Assembly (NCBI GenBank): GCA_965153455.1
Contig: OZ234493.1
Coordinates: 14,870,213 to 14,934,212 of the forward strand
Length of the DNA: 64,000 bases
Direction of reading: 5' to 3'
From: Sphagnum compactum
Lineage: Eukaryota
A program made the position numbers and the translations under genes. The notes under the pieces were generated by a model that saw only the letters and a list, made by a program, of their open reading frames with translations, was not told where the DNA came from and did not search any database. Below are positions 51,803 to 64,000 of the stretch, piece by piece; positions within the stretch are counted from its first letter, which is position 1; the number at the start of each line of letters is the position of its first letter.

Positions 51803-52204
51803 TACAACATAAAATATGGTATGAAAAAAGCCGCAAGCATCCTGTCTGTGATGACTCCTATAAATAATATGTAAATTTGTACAGGCTTCAGGCTTGAGCC
51901 CTGGGGTGGGGGCAATCTCAAAATAAGCTACGGCCCTGCCCAGCTCAGCACATCTTGGGAATATCCCCCACGTGTTAGCAGCCTCACTCAACTTGAAGCA
52001 GGGTTTCTTTAAGGATTTTGTCATGTAGTGGAAGTGGCGATCATCCAGAAAATAATTTAGCCAAATTTGGCTACATGTTAGATATGACAGTAAAAAAAAG
52101 ATGCATATTAGATGCATAAGTTGCTAATTACTAAAATAAATAAATTTTCACTTTTTGCCAAGACTTGGGTTCTTTCTTCTTGTACCTTTTTCTCCACCTT
52201 ATTT

Positions 52205-52400
52205 GGGTGCTTTGTTCTATTGACTATTGCCAGGTTTTCAGGAACCTATATCATTTCTAGTGCCCCTTTTTTGTGGTGCTTTGTTCTATTGACGATTGCC
52301 AAGTTTTCATGAACCAATATCATTTCTATTGCCCCTTTTTGGGTGGTTTGTTTTGTTGACGATTGCCAGGTTTTCATGAACGAATATCATTTCTAGTGCA
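52205..52400. repeat. ~66-70-bp tandem repeat, 3 copies
   Basis: gtgctttgttctattgac.attgcca.gttttca.gaac..atatcatttcta at ~52207, 52277 and 52343. Confidence 0.85.
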
Positions 52401-55355
52401 GGATGTGATGAAAGAAACCAATGCAACATTGGCAAAACAATGATGTGGGGTGGGTGAAGATAAACTCAAGGTAGAAAAAATGGAAAGATGAAAGGATATA
52501 TCATGAGTACTTTCAAATTCTTGCATTTCAAGTAAATTTTCTTCCATGTGAACAACTCAATGCCGTGTTAATAATAAACCCCATCAATACATTTTTTAAT
52601 TAATCTCTAATGTGTGTGCAACACAAAGGTAAATTTATGAATTGTCATCATTTTACTTTCCACACAAAGAGAGAGTCAAATATAGCAAAAAAACACTCCT
52701 AGCCCTTAGTAAAAATGGACCTTTAGGGCTACTAGTTGGCTCTTGCTTGTTTTTCCTTTATAGGGAATTTTGTATGACCCAAGGGGGCTCACGAACTTGA
52801 TGTTCCCCTTGTGGTTTGCCCGCTTAGGTGGTTCATTTGTGTTCTTGGACGTGGGTCCTTCTTTTTTCCTTGTTTTCCCCCTCTTTTGAGTGCTTTGGTT
52901 TATTTATGGTTGGCAGGGTTTCATCAATTCTGTGTAAGGTAAGCCCAAGGTTGTGGGCCTTATTGAAATAAGGGCCCATGTGAAGTGAAGTTGAATGTGA
53001 GCTTGATTTTGGTTAAGGTGTAGGCAAGGGTTTTTATTGAGTGTAAAGACTTGGGTGTGGTTTTATTTTAAATCTTTTTTCTCAAATCAAATACCCATTG
53101 GGTATCCATAGGGAAATTTTTTTAAAGTAGGGCAAATGCTTCAAGAAACAAAACACTTGAAAAGGTGGGCATTGTGTTTTTTGAAGCATGGAAGAAGGAT
53201 TATAGGCTACAATGTGCCCACCAATTACACTTTGAAAATCTACCCAGGTCTTTATGTGTAAGATGGTTCTCCTCGTGCTTTATGATGTGTAAAGCTCATG
53301 GGTAGGGTATAATCTCAAAATGAGGGCCATCAGGCTACCACCTTGCCCTAGACCCCTTATTTTGAGAACTTATACTCTCACCTTAGGTCTTCACCTAACA
53401 CATAACAAACAAAGGCATGGCCATTTCATGACATTAAGGTTTGGAGTGGCAGATTCAATGATTTTTTATCATGTTCAACAAAGACATCGTGACCATCTTA
53501 GCCTGGGGTCAGTTTCCACATTGACAAAACGAACAATTTTTTTTTTCAAAACATGAATTCGTTCTTAAATTTTGAAATTATATTTTTTTTCATCATCTAC
53601 TATCATATTGTGATATGAGTAGAGAAATTATACAGAATGTAGCCTATGATAATTATGATGATTTTCAACATGTCAACTTCGTATTTTCACAAATTTTCAT
53701 TTCAATATTTTGAGGATTATTTAATGACGAAACTGACCTTAGGGTAAGGTATAAAGTTCATCATTGGAATATAACATGGTCATGAAAATGACATAATCTA
53801 GCACCATACACCTTAATTGATTTAAACATCACCTTCAAACAAATCACGATTGAGCAGCTTAAACATGTTTAGATCACAAGGCATATGAGGGGAGGGTTCT
53901 TACATCTACTTCTTAAGACTGGGAGGAATAGATTAAACCTACAAGTAGGCACAATTTCCCTTCCATTCTTGAGGAGTAGTTGTAATATCTCTCCTCTCTT
54001 CTAGGATGGATATTCATGGATATGCATACCTATGTACTAAAGAAATTTTTTTCCAAATGCTTTAAGATGGGTGAATTGACTAGCTCACCTAAATGGCCTC
54101 ACTAGTGGCTGAACCAACATAATCTGTCATTCCGAGGTTCTTGACCCCATGGCTTAATGTGAATGGTCCTCCACAGACTATTCACTGAACATAAACTTCC
54201 AACTGGTTTTTTTGCTGTTCTAACCGGCTTTTCTATTTATGAACCATGTAATCATCATGTGAATGGATGAAACAATTACATAACCTTTAAGTGAATGGAT
54301 GAAACAATACATCATGTACGAAAACATTGGATATACATATGGTTTTGTCCATCTAGTTGCAGAATATGAGTAGTGAGTCAGTCATCTATTTACATGACAG
54401 TTACAATTTTGATAGGTAGGTCTTGAACCTCTATGGTAGATTATGCTTGGTAATGAGCTTGAAGTTTGGTAGCTCAGCTATTTTCGTTAACTCATGACCT
54501 CCGAGCGATTATCTAGTCCATAATGGGCAGGTGCTTGACCATTCCATAGTACATTATGCTTTGAATTGGCCTGCCCACATGGGTGTGTTGGTATCGAATT
54601 ATTTTATCCAGTCAGTAACAAGGGTTGCTTTGACTGGGTAGCTTTTGAATCAGTCAATTGTTGATCAACCTCACCCAAGTATGTTTAGGGTTTCAAAAAA
54701 ATTGTTGCCATAGTGACAATTGTTCAAAGGAAGATGTGGAACAAGTGCCCATCATCCGGGGAAAGATTTACCAAAATCTAGCTACAAATCAAATATGACA
54801 TACAAATCTTTAATCATCTTTCTCTCTTTTTGGCTATGGACTGAAAACCAGATATAAAAACCTGAAATATTATACTTGAAACCCTCAAATTTCACTTCAT
54901 TTTCAATTTCTTTACTTTTAAAAATTCACCAGAAAAAAGGCAAAAACAAGGTGCCCTGAAGCAGCACACCCACTAGCTTAATTGATTCAAGCTTTAATAG
55001 CAGGTGTCAAACCTGTGACGATGTCATTTTAATGATTTCAGACCCGAACCCCATGTAAGATCACTTGGGCCCAATTCTAAGTTCTTAACCAATCGAATTG
55101 CTCTATTCCGTTTTCAAATTGGACCTGGGCCCTCATGTAAACCGGGGCCTCATTCTCACATTGGAGGGAAAAACAAAACGGGAACACTGAAAAGGTCCCC
55201 CAAGTGCTTGAGTTTGTTGTAAACATTATTGGAACTGCAACATGGCGGTCGGTCTATAGTCGCAATTCCAACAGTGGGAAACAAACAACAGAACAGCAGC
55301 GACAACTCCTCCCCATTACGCGAGCAGAATCGACCCAAGGTACTTGCAGAGAGGG

Positions 55356-55726
55356 ATGTCGAAGGGTTTAGGGTTTAGGGGCACCAAAAGACGAAGAAGA
55401 AGGGAGGAGAGTGATGATGCCAACTGTGAGCTCTGGAATGTGTGTATTCCTGACGCTGCTGATGGCAAAAGAAAGCGTGAATGGGATTTTGGAGGGAAAG
55501 GATTCCACAATGAGCCAGCTGCTACTGCTACCAGGAGGCCACAAGCTGAGATGCAGGAGCTGCTGCTTCCCATTCTGCCCAGCAACGCAGATCAGGCTAA
55601 TGGGAAGAAGAAGCAGCAGGAGGTCTTTAGTAGTGGGATTGACATCACCCCACTAGAGTCCCTTAGCTCACAGGAAGAAGAAATGGAGGCCATGTCCCAG
55701 GAGCCCCAAACCATTGATCTGAGCAG
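55356..55726 (+). CDS. Probable first coding exon of an unidentified gene (basic/acidic, low-complexity N-terminus)
   Basis: ATG at 55356, MSKGLGFRGTKRRRRREES...EPQTIDLS, ending at a good donor AG|GTGAGA. Upstream TGGGCC site-II-like motifs at ~55066 and 55126. Downstream exons not identified. Confidence 0.5.
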
Positions 55727-56959
55727 GTGAGAATTCATGGGGATGAATGGGTCTGGATTTAGGGTTTGGTCTGGGGCAATTGGAATTCCCTTCTACTGTT
55801 CTGGCTGATCAGATCTAGATTCTCTCCCGCGGGGACCTGCTGGATGTTGGGTTATTGGATTCAGTATGAGAGATGCTTAGTGTGGTGGCTCCTCTCTGCC
55901 TTGAAGGTTGATGATGAGGAGTACTTCATTGTGTATGGGAAGGCTGAGAGCCTCTGGCGAGCTCTACTTTTCTTAGAAGTTTATTAAGGGAAAAGGGGAT
56001 TGCTTCTGTGCATGGAAGCAATGAGAGTTTGAGCCCTGAACTGACTGGCAAGGAATTAGGTCAGATAATCATGAAGATTCTGTGTTCACAATGCAGAGTT
56101 GAATGGTGATGGTTGTTTTTTGCACTGGATAGTTACTCAAGAAAAAAATGGACATTTGAGCGAGAAAGATCATGGTTTGAAGATCATAATCAGATTTACA
56201 GCAATCTCTTGGAAAATCTATGTGTGGTAAAAAAAAAATGTGGCATTCCAAAATGTTCGACCATGCAAAGTAAACCTTGTAGTTGTGTTCTAAGCCATCG
56301 AGGAGTTCCTAGTATATTTGTAGGAAGATTATATTTAACAATTTATTTGAGAATGTTTTCTTCACTCATTTTGGGATTTTTTGTTTTACATTTTTTTATA
56401 TCTTTATCAAGGCATGTTCGTGAAGTTTCTTTGATTAGTTGTAATGATTGTCATAAATCATACATATATAATAAATATGGTTTGTACAATGTGAAATGTG
56501 AAAATAATGCATTCATTTTGTATTTTAAGTATTCATTGAAATGTGTTTTACCATTGTAAGTACCATGGCCATGTGGGAATAAAAAGGAAATAGGGCCATT
56601 TCCAAGAAAAGACCGTCTTTTTTCATGTTTAATGTTGTTTTTCTCACTATCATTGTTTCAGATGTTTGTGGTATATTATCATTTTCGTGTTGTTCTAAAT
56701 GACTTATTATATAATAATCTTTGTTTTTTTTTTTTTTTTTTCAAAACACTTGTCAAATAGCAAAGTTAAATTATATACTAGTTATGGGACATCCATGTTT
56801 GTGAATGTTATGTCATGTGTGGCTCGTTTGTCAATAATCTGTTGTACAACATTTAGTGTGAGAATGCACATGCTACTAGTTTTTGTGGTTGTTCAAAAGT
56901 TGATTATATTTTTGGAACCAGGGATTTATTTGTATATTTTGTGAAAACATCGGCCCTAC

Positions 56960-57560
56960 AAAATTGCTTATTTCTTCTATTGTGAAAGTGCGATCCACCA
57001 GCCATCCCAACTCAAAAAAGGACTATTCAAAAGACTTTTTTCTATGATTTGCCCTGTAGTAAATCCCTAGTTTCTTGATTGCATGTGCATGCAAATGTCA
57101 AGAAATGATAATAATTGAACATGAAGTGGATGTGTGGAAAGTAATGTTGCCATGTATGATGGTGGTTGGTATACTACGTAAGTTGCATTTTGAGGTTTAT
57201 TTAAATTTGAATGACATTTAATGCAAATGTGCATGATTTTTTTGTCATAACAAGTTGTGTAGTTTGCCATTATCACGTTGGCAATTGCATATGGTGTGTA
57301 AGTATTATGTTGATTATCAACAACTTTGTATTTGTTAACTAATGTTTTGTAATATTTTCTTTTATTTATCAGTTTCACAATTCCACAAATTGCACAACAT
57401 TGTATTTTTTGAAAAAACGAAGATGTTTCCATTGTCCATTTTTCATTCAATTCGTTTATTGAATGCCATGTTTGGTCATAAGGTTGAAAACATTCTTGAT
57501 GTCTTTTTTTCACAATATCATATACTTGTTTCTTGAATTTCATTTATTTGGTTTTGTCAA
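56960..57560 (-). pseudogene. Cys-rich decayed ORF (CAICG...ICIKCHSNL), possibly the N-terminal part of a Helitron-like Rep protein
   Basis: 158-aa ORF with two CxxC pairs that reads through a stop into GFTTGQIIEKSLLNSP. The family assignment is only a resemblance. Confidence 0.35.
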
Positions 57561-59339
57561 TTTGCAAGCCTTATTAATGTTGCATTGCGATATTAGAAAC
57601 ACGCAAATCAAATCTGTTATACATAACAAAACAACAAATTTTGTCATCTATAATTGAATGTTACAACAAAAAGAAAATTTTAATTGTAGATTGGAAAGTA
57701 AGGTTGAAGTTAACTATAACAAAGAAAATGTATTGTGAACATATATTGTCAATAGAACTTGAAAATGTAGGATAAGATGTCAAAACACATAGATTTGTAG
57801 ACCTAGAAGAAAAGCAATCTTTGTTTGTTTAAATTGTGGATTCCAACACGCCAACACATGATGATCGTCAAATAACTTTATGTATGTGTTTGGCACTCAC
57901 AATGATTACAATGTACTAAATGGATGGATGATCGATTTGTAAATTAACTAAGCAAATTTGATAGGAGAAAATTCATCCTTATTAATTCTATTTAATTTAT
58001 TATAATTTTATTTTTCAAATCATAAAAATGGGACTAAATGCACACGTCATGATGAGTTAAAGTGTGAAATCACCATAATTCATTTTCAAGTAAGGGGCTA
58101 AGGGTTATAACTATTATTCATATTTTTTTTTGTATGTTAAAATATTAGTTTAGTTATTACCATTGAGTTTTATAAAAGCAAAATCAAATTGTTGATTGTC
58201 TTAAATGGATTTTTGTTAATTGATAATTACAATAGCCTAGTGTTTCAATTATTGAAAAATTGGCATAAAGGATTTTTGGAAAGTGCAATGATATTAGTTC
58301 TAAAATTTTAATTTTTAAAACATAATTTGTTATGTAGGTGTTATGGGTGGGAAACAAATTTAATACATACAAGGGTTAATGCTTTAATTTTTATAACCCT
58401 TTCAGAAATCAATGTTTTCAAACAAAATTTTGTGTATGTTGTAAGGTTTTTTCTTTGTTGTTACATGTATAGAATGTCCATTGAGTGAGTAAATCCAAGA
58501 ACAAAATAAATAAATAAATTTGATTTGATTAATGAAAATTTGAACACAATGTACACTTTAGTCATACAGCCCCAAGTAAGGCATTCTAGTCAATAAAGCC
58601 AAAAATGTCATTTTTTTTCAAATGACATTAAGTTTGTTACTACTTATACATTTAAAAATTTAAATTTATTTATTTATTGAAAGTCTTGTGACCAAAAAAT
58701 AATGACAAATAGGTATGTAACATACTCATAGTCTATGTTCTAAAATAAAACACAAATCCATCAAAAAATGTTGTTGAAGAAACATCATTGATTTCAACTC
58801 TATGAACAAGTTGAAATATCAAAATTCTCGTAGATACAAAAGTTTGTGAAAATTTACAATGTTTTTCAAAACTATACAATTTTTTTCAACACGACCTAAT
58901 TTCTACCAAGATGCATACCATTTCATATCATTCTAATCATGTCTGAGCATTTTTTTTAATAGGTGATTTAATTCATATTCATTAATACTAAGGACTTTAC
59001 AGAGATCCATTAGCAAAAAATGTTCTACTTTGGTAGAGTTTTTTTTTTCAACATGTAAAGCAATTAAAGTTTTGAAATCTGCCTTTAGCTATAATCGATG
59101 AACCTTTTTATTGATGACTCCATTGTTGTTCTTTTGTTATTTTGAAGTTGAACTTATTCGGACGACCTTAGGAATTTTCCTCTAAACACAACAACCAACA
59201 ATATGTTTTTAATGCATAAATGTCTTCTCAAATATGGTGAAAGCCAACTTTACAAAAACAAAAAAAGAACTTGAATGAAATAAAATACATACCATGCGAA
59301 TAATGTGTAGTTGCTAAGTAAAATTGTGTGCAGCATCTG

Positions 59340-59713
59340 ACTACACCCAATCTTGACGAGACTGTATGCACAACGCATCAACTTGCATTTCTTCTGAAAT
59401 ATATAACATATTTTGTTTCACAAGGTAGATGGCATATTATCTTTCCAACCCACCAACAATCAAACTCATAGACGTCAACAACATTATTCTCAACCCATGA
59501 TGTGTTGTTTATGTTAGGTGGAACTAGTTTGATTTGTGAGATTTGGACCATTCCACATAAATGTTTTGAGTTGTCATTTTCATTGACAAATTCATCGTAT
59601 CTAACCAAACATTTTTTTGAAAATGTTTTCAGAACTATTGTAGGAAACCAAGCACCATAAAATCCATCTTCTATGCCTTGAACTTCAATTTTTTGTCCTT
59701 CTTGTATCCACAT
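59340..59713 (-). pseudogene. Tandem Agenet (plant Tudor-like) domain remnant
   Basis: IEVQGIEDGFYGAWF...CLVRYDEF...IKLVPP...VVDVYEFDCWWVGKI...YVIYF, then an out-of-frame SRQDWV. This is the typical double-Agenet signature. Confidence 0.85.
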
Positions 59714-62416
59714 GTTTTTGCAACAATAGATTGTTTATAATATCAGAAATCCTTGGTTACAAACTGGAAAAACACAACAAGATGCTCAAAAACCATTTCC
59801 ATGGGCTTTGGAAAAGCTCCTAGATTGAACAAATTCCTTGCAGCAAAGATCTCCAAACATACAATATGTAACAACTCATTATCTATACACTGAAAACAAA
59901 GTACAGTGATCAAGATGCATATTGGTTACCACTTTGCCTGGATGTCAAGTAAATGCATGTTGAAGAAAAGGCAAAAATGGAACAAAAATTGAAAAACTAA
60001 CTTTTATTCCATATATTTTACAATAGCAACAACTTGTTGAAGCCTCTCTTCGTCCTTGCAACATAAACCACTTGGGCATGTTACAAAGTACCTACATTCT
60101 TACAAATATCATACAACAAGAGTGCCCTACAAACAGTTCAATGGGTTTTCAAAGACATGAAAATCACCAATTTGGGCATACTTTTCTATTTATGAAATTG
60201 CAATAGAAGCCAAAGGCCCAAAAGTGCTGAGGTTTATCATCATGAAAAGGTTATGAAACTTATGATCAAAATAGAATCAACAAGTTCCATGGGTTCTCAC
60301 ATCACACTCATTTTTAAAATCACGAACTTCCTTTAGGCAACCCTCTGGAACCACACCATTCAGGGTAAAATCTTCCAGGAGACAATTTTTAGTGTGCCAT
60401 CATATTATAATTTCAAAATGAAACATGTTCCCCATCTTGTGATTCACACCTTCCAAGGATTTGAAGAGCAAAGTCTACAGGGATAGTTCTATGATTACAA
60501 TAATTGTTCTCTCTTCAAAAAAAAAATTGATTCTTGCAAATATCCTACCAATGCATTGTAGCTTACACCATAAGTTTGTGTATTGCATAAAGGTGTGCAA
60601 CAACCAAATTGCAAGAGTCACACATCATCAAGGCTGCCAATGGTGTGAACATTACAGTCCTCTCTCTATTAAAAGAAAGTCACTAATGAACTACAGTAGC
60701 ATACACATAATCCCATGCCAAGACACAAGTTAGATTATAGAACAAAGCAATGGATAAGGGTTATTTTCTAATCTAGGAAATCTCTTTTATAGTATGGGAT
60801 TGATGAAACATTACAATATTTCCATTTGGTAGGCATCTACAAGCACCTTCAAGAAGTATGAGAAGTATCAAAGCTAAAACATTCATAATTTTCCTTCAAT
60901 GGTTTCTCGAATTTTTGTTACTCCCATAAAAGACCAAATTGTTTGTGAATTAATTCCAAAAAGCTCAAAGAACTCAACAATCAATTAGATTCTCTCATTA
61001 ACTTAAAACGTCAATTTTCAAACTATTGATGATGGGACTGGCCGTCCTAAGTGACAAAAGCATTCCATGTGTGGTCTATGAAATGGAAGAGTGCATAATA
61101 CCCCTAAAAAACAAGTTATTTCTATTCTTGTAGCTTGAGTATGCGCTCCTGAATTGTGTTTTGAAACCTTATCAATGAGTAGTAAACAACAAACCTGCAG
61201 ACCATACAATCAATGGATTCAAAAGCTATTGTGTCCACCTTGATGAACTTTCCCAAGAGCGAGTTGCTTCATGATATTGATCCAATAGGTTCAACATATG
61301 CAATCATAAAATAATATCTTCAAAAATGCTGAGAAATTTCTCCTCACTTATGATTTCAATCAACTTTAAGGGAATTGCTAGATGAGCTAACAAGAGACAA
61401 TCATAAGATGATCATCTACTACCACCAACTACCAAAATAAGAATGTTAAATGGCAAATGCTACAAAGATCTTCATAAGTAATGAAGATTTCTCCTTACTT
61501 ACAATTTAAGTGAACCTAAATGGAATTGAGAGGTAACCCCAAAATAATGTTGTCAATTCTCAAATCTAACATAACCACAATTGATGTGCAAGCATGAAAA
61601 AGAGGAAAAACAAACCCTTCAGAGAAAAGAGAGCAAAATCAAAGCTATGGATTGCTTTGGACAACAACATCAGTCATATACATGTTCAGAAACCTCCAAC
61701 AACAACATGTATTTGTATTGAACACCTACCATAACAACCCTACTGACTTCATCAACTCCTGGCTATGGATATCAATGTCAAAAACATAGAATACTAAATT
61801 TTTATCATAATAATTCGAAGGGATGGAGCAATTCAGCTTTCCGAAACATGCACACACATGCAATAATTTCAGTGTAACCAATAAATATTCTAGTACTAGT
61901 ACATGCTTACACAAATAGAACTCTTGTTGATTAATTTAAAAATTGAAATGTGTAAAAATGTTGAAGCAACTGATGTAAAAGTAACTACTACATGGTGGAG
62001 AAGATGAAATAATTAAGGCCCTTATAATAAGGAAAGTTGAACAAACCAAGGAACAATGCAACTAGGCTTTGCATGTATTGTAGTGCAAAGGTTTTTGACA
62101 CATGTTTTGTGACAAGAAAACTACAAAAACAAATACTACTTGTATGTATGTTTATAGAACACATCTTTTGTTCATAATTATTACTATATAATTTGGAAAC
62201 TAACATAATAAGACTAACAATATCTAAGTTGCCAAATTGCAAACCTTTTGTATGGGCCTAGATCACAAGTAATGTTCAAATTTGAATTGATGTACAATGT
62301 AGTAACATTTGTGTAGTAGAATGTGATTCACAATATCAAAAAATGACAGTACTATTGAAAGGACCAAAACTTCATGAATGATGGCATAAAATGTTAAAAC
62401 AAAAGTCAATTATGGA

Positions 62417-63070
62417 GTGTTGCTATGTAAGTTGAAAACTAAGTTCACACAAAGTGTAGCAAGTGAACCCAAAAAATTGAAGGTTGAGAAGACATACCAA
62501 CCAATTGAAGCACAACAAAAGTTATTGGATGTTTGTGGATTTAAGGATGTGAAGACTCCACCAACCTTCAAATCTGTGCCAGAAGTGAATGAATTTATGA
62601 CAAAGTATGCTAATAAAAAAACAACTTTCCTGCAAAAACACAGTGCACTTCCTTGCCCAGGTCAATGTAAAGTTCTTCATCAATTGTTGCTTGAATATAT
62701 GATGTAAGAAATTGATTTAATGAAGTTTCCTAAACAATGCAACATGTCAAATTTTATGCAAGAAACATGAAAGTCATGTCAGAGGTTTTCGGATTAAAGT
62801 ATGTGGATATTGAAGACAACCTCACCAATTGGAAGGCAAAAAAAAATGTTGAAAGAAGTGGTCGTAGGAAACCTTGCAACATTTGAAATGTACAAGTTTT
62901 CTTTGGACTTTAAGATTTTGGACACGAGCATGTGGTTAGATTTATCATTTGAACAAGCTTCCAACATGATAAAACACATGGCCAACAACAATAAACAGAA
63001 TGAAAAATCCTCAATTACGAACCTGATAAACGTAGCAACTGCATCACGAACAAAAAATGAAAAGAAATAA
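62417..63070 (+). pseudogene. Decayed ORF of unknown family
   Basis: ORFs 62417-62707 and 62801-63070 are in the same frame, separated by stops. No motif recognised. Confidence 0.35.
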
Positions 63071-64000
63071 ATGGGCTTATTAGTGTGTATACAATCAATT
63101 GCAAGCAAGTTTTAAGTTCTTGATTGTTTTGTTTGTTCCTTCTCTACACCACTATTGTATGGCTAAACTGCTACAGTCTTGATGCAAATGATGTTCAATG
63201 TCTTGGTTATTGTGTGGATGCACCAATGTAATGTTGATACATATGATATCAATAAATATTAATATGTAATTTGCAATGTTATGTATGCAAGGACACAAGT
63301 CGAATGTATGTTGGACAATCAATTGATGCAAAAAAAAGACTTGAACAACATGCACATTACCTCGAAAGAAAATGAAACATGATGCTTCCAAATTCAAACC
63401 ATTCCAAATGCACTTTAGTCTTCATATTGAATATACCACTACCAAGAAGAATGTAGCTGATAGAAAAGAAAAATAGCTTATAAAAAAATTTAAGACGAAT
63501 ATTAAATTAAGATATAATGTACTTAAAGGACGCCCTTCATGTGATCCAATTTATTGGAAGCAACGAAGATAACATATCATATTGTACAATTATATCTTTT
63601 TATTTATAATCATAATAAAGGATAGAATAAAAAATTTCTTCCACGTTATGAAAAAGAATGAGAAAAGATGCACATTACATACCAGTTTTAAAATAGTCAT
63701 GGCTATGTTCACAAAACTGAATGAAGTTTATGCCACCATACACAAACTTGTTAAAGCGTAGCTTGTTGAGATTGTCTTGAAGAACCATAGGCACGCTTTT
63801 GTTGAACCCGATTGCCACCCCTTTGCACTTTTTGAAAAGAATGGCCACACGGATCCAAAAATTGAAAAACCAGACAATGACTTATGTACACACACCAACT
63901 CATCTACTCTTTATCTGCACAAATTAAATACTAGCACCATGTCTCCATATGTAGTCTAACATCCACAAGTAGACATCCTAACATAATTTCCAAAGAACAA

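Noticed and set aside
8153-53750. Inverted ~240-bp repeats bracketing the whole array as giant-transposon TIRs
   Set aside because: Each copy has its own small TIRs, the copies are diverged and no TSD is visible. Independent MITE insertions are the simpler explanation.
55364-55380. gggtttagggtttaggg as an interstitial telomere
   Set aside because: About two units only; telo-box motifs are common at plant gene 5' ends.

Overview
Eukaryotic, AT-rich, repeat-dense land-plant DNA. The repeat families and gene fragments suggest a moss, probably Sphagnum (inference). The core is an interrupted tandem array (~9.4-52.1 kb) of four copies of a small minus-strand gene. It encodes a ~121-127 aa protein with one hydrophobic segment (MKSPPS...AEVLILVFLSLVLLVRL...), has two exons in copies 2-4 and is truncated in copy 1. 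Copies 2-4 are each preceded by a convergent, decayed plus-strand ORF of unknown family (CPWCS motif). The most striking structures are long, near-perfect fold-back hairpins at the homologous position just 5' of copies 3 and 4. Their inner sequences differ, one has a G-rich telomere-like loop, and the TATA-containing promoter segment is flipped relative to copy 1. Mobile DNA includes a MULE transposase pseudogene, a CACTA-like end, a PIF/Harbinger-type non-autonomous element, a decayed Ty3/Gypsy pol, a probable solo LTR and many MITE-like repeats. There is also a young 5'-truncated L1-type LINE with an exact 18-bp TSD, no poly(A) tail and an empty paralogous site, a block with three FCP1-like phosphatase remnants, and an Agenet-domain remnant. 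No RNA genes or CRISPR arrays were recognised. All alignments were done by eye, and boundaries of degenerate elements are approximate.
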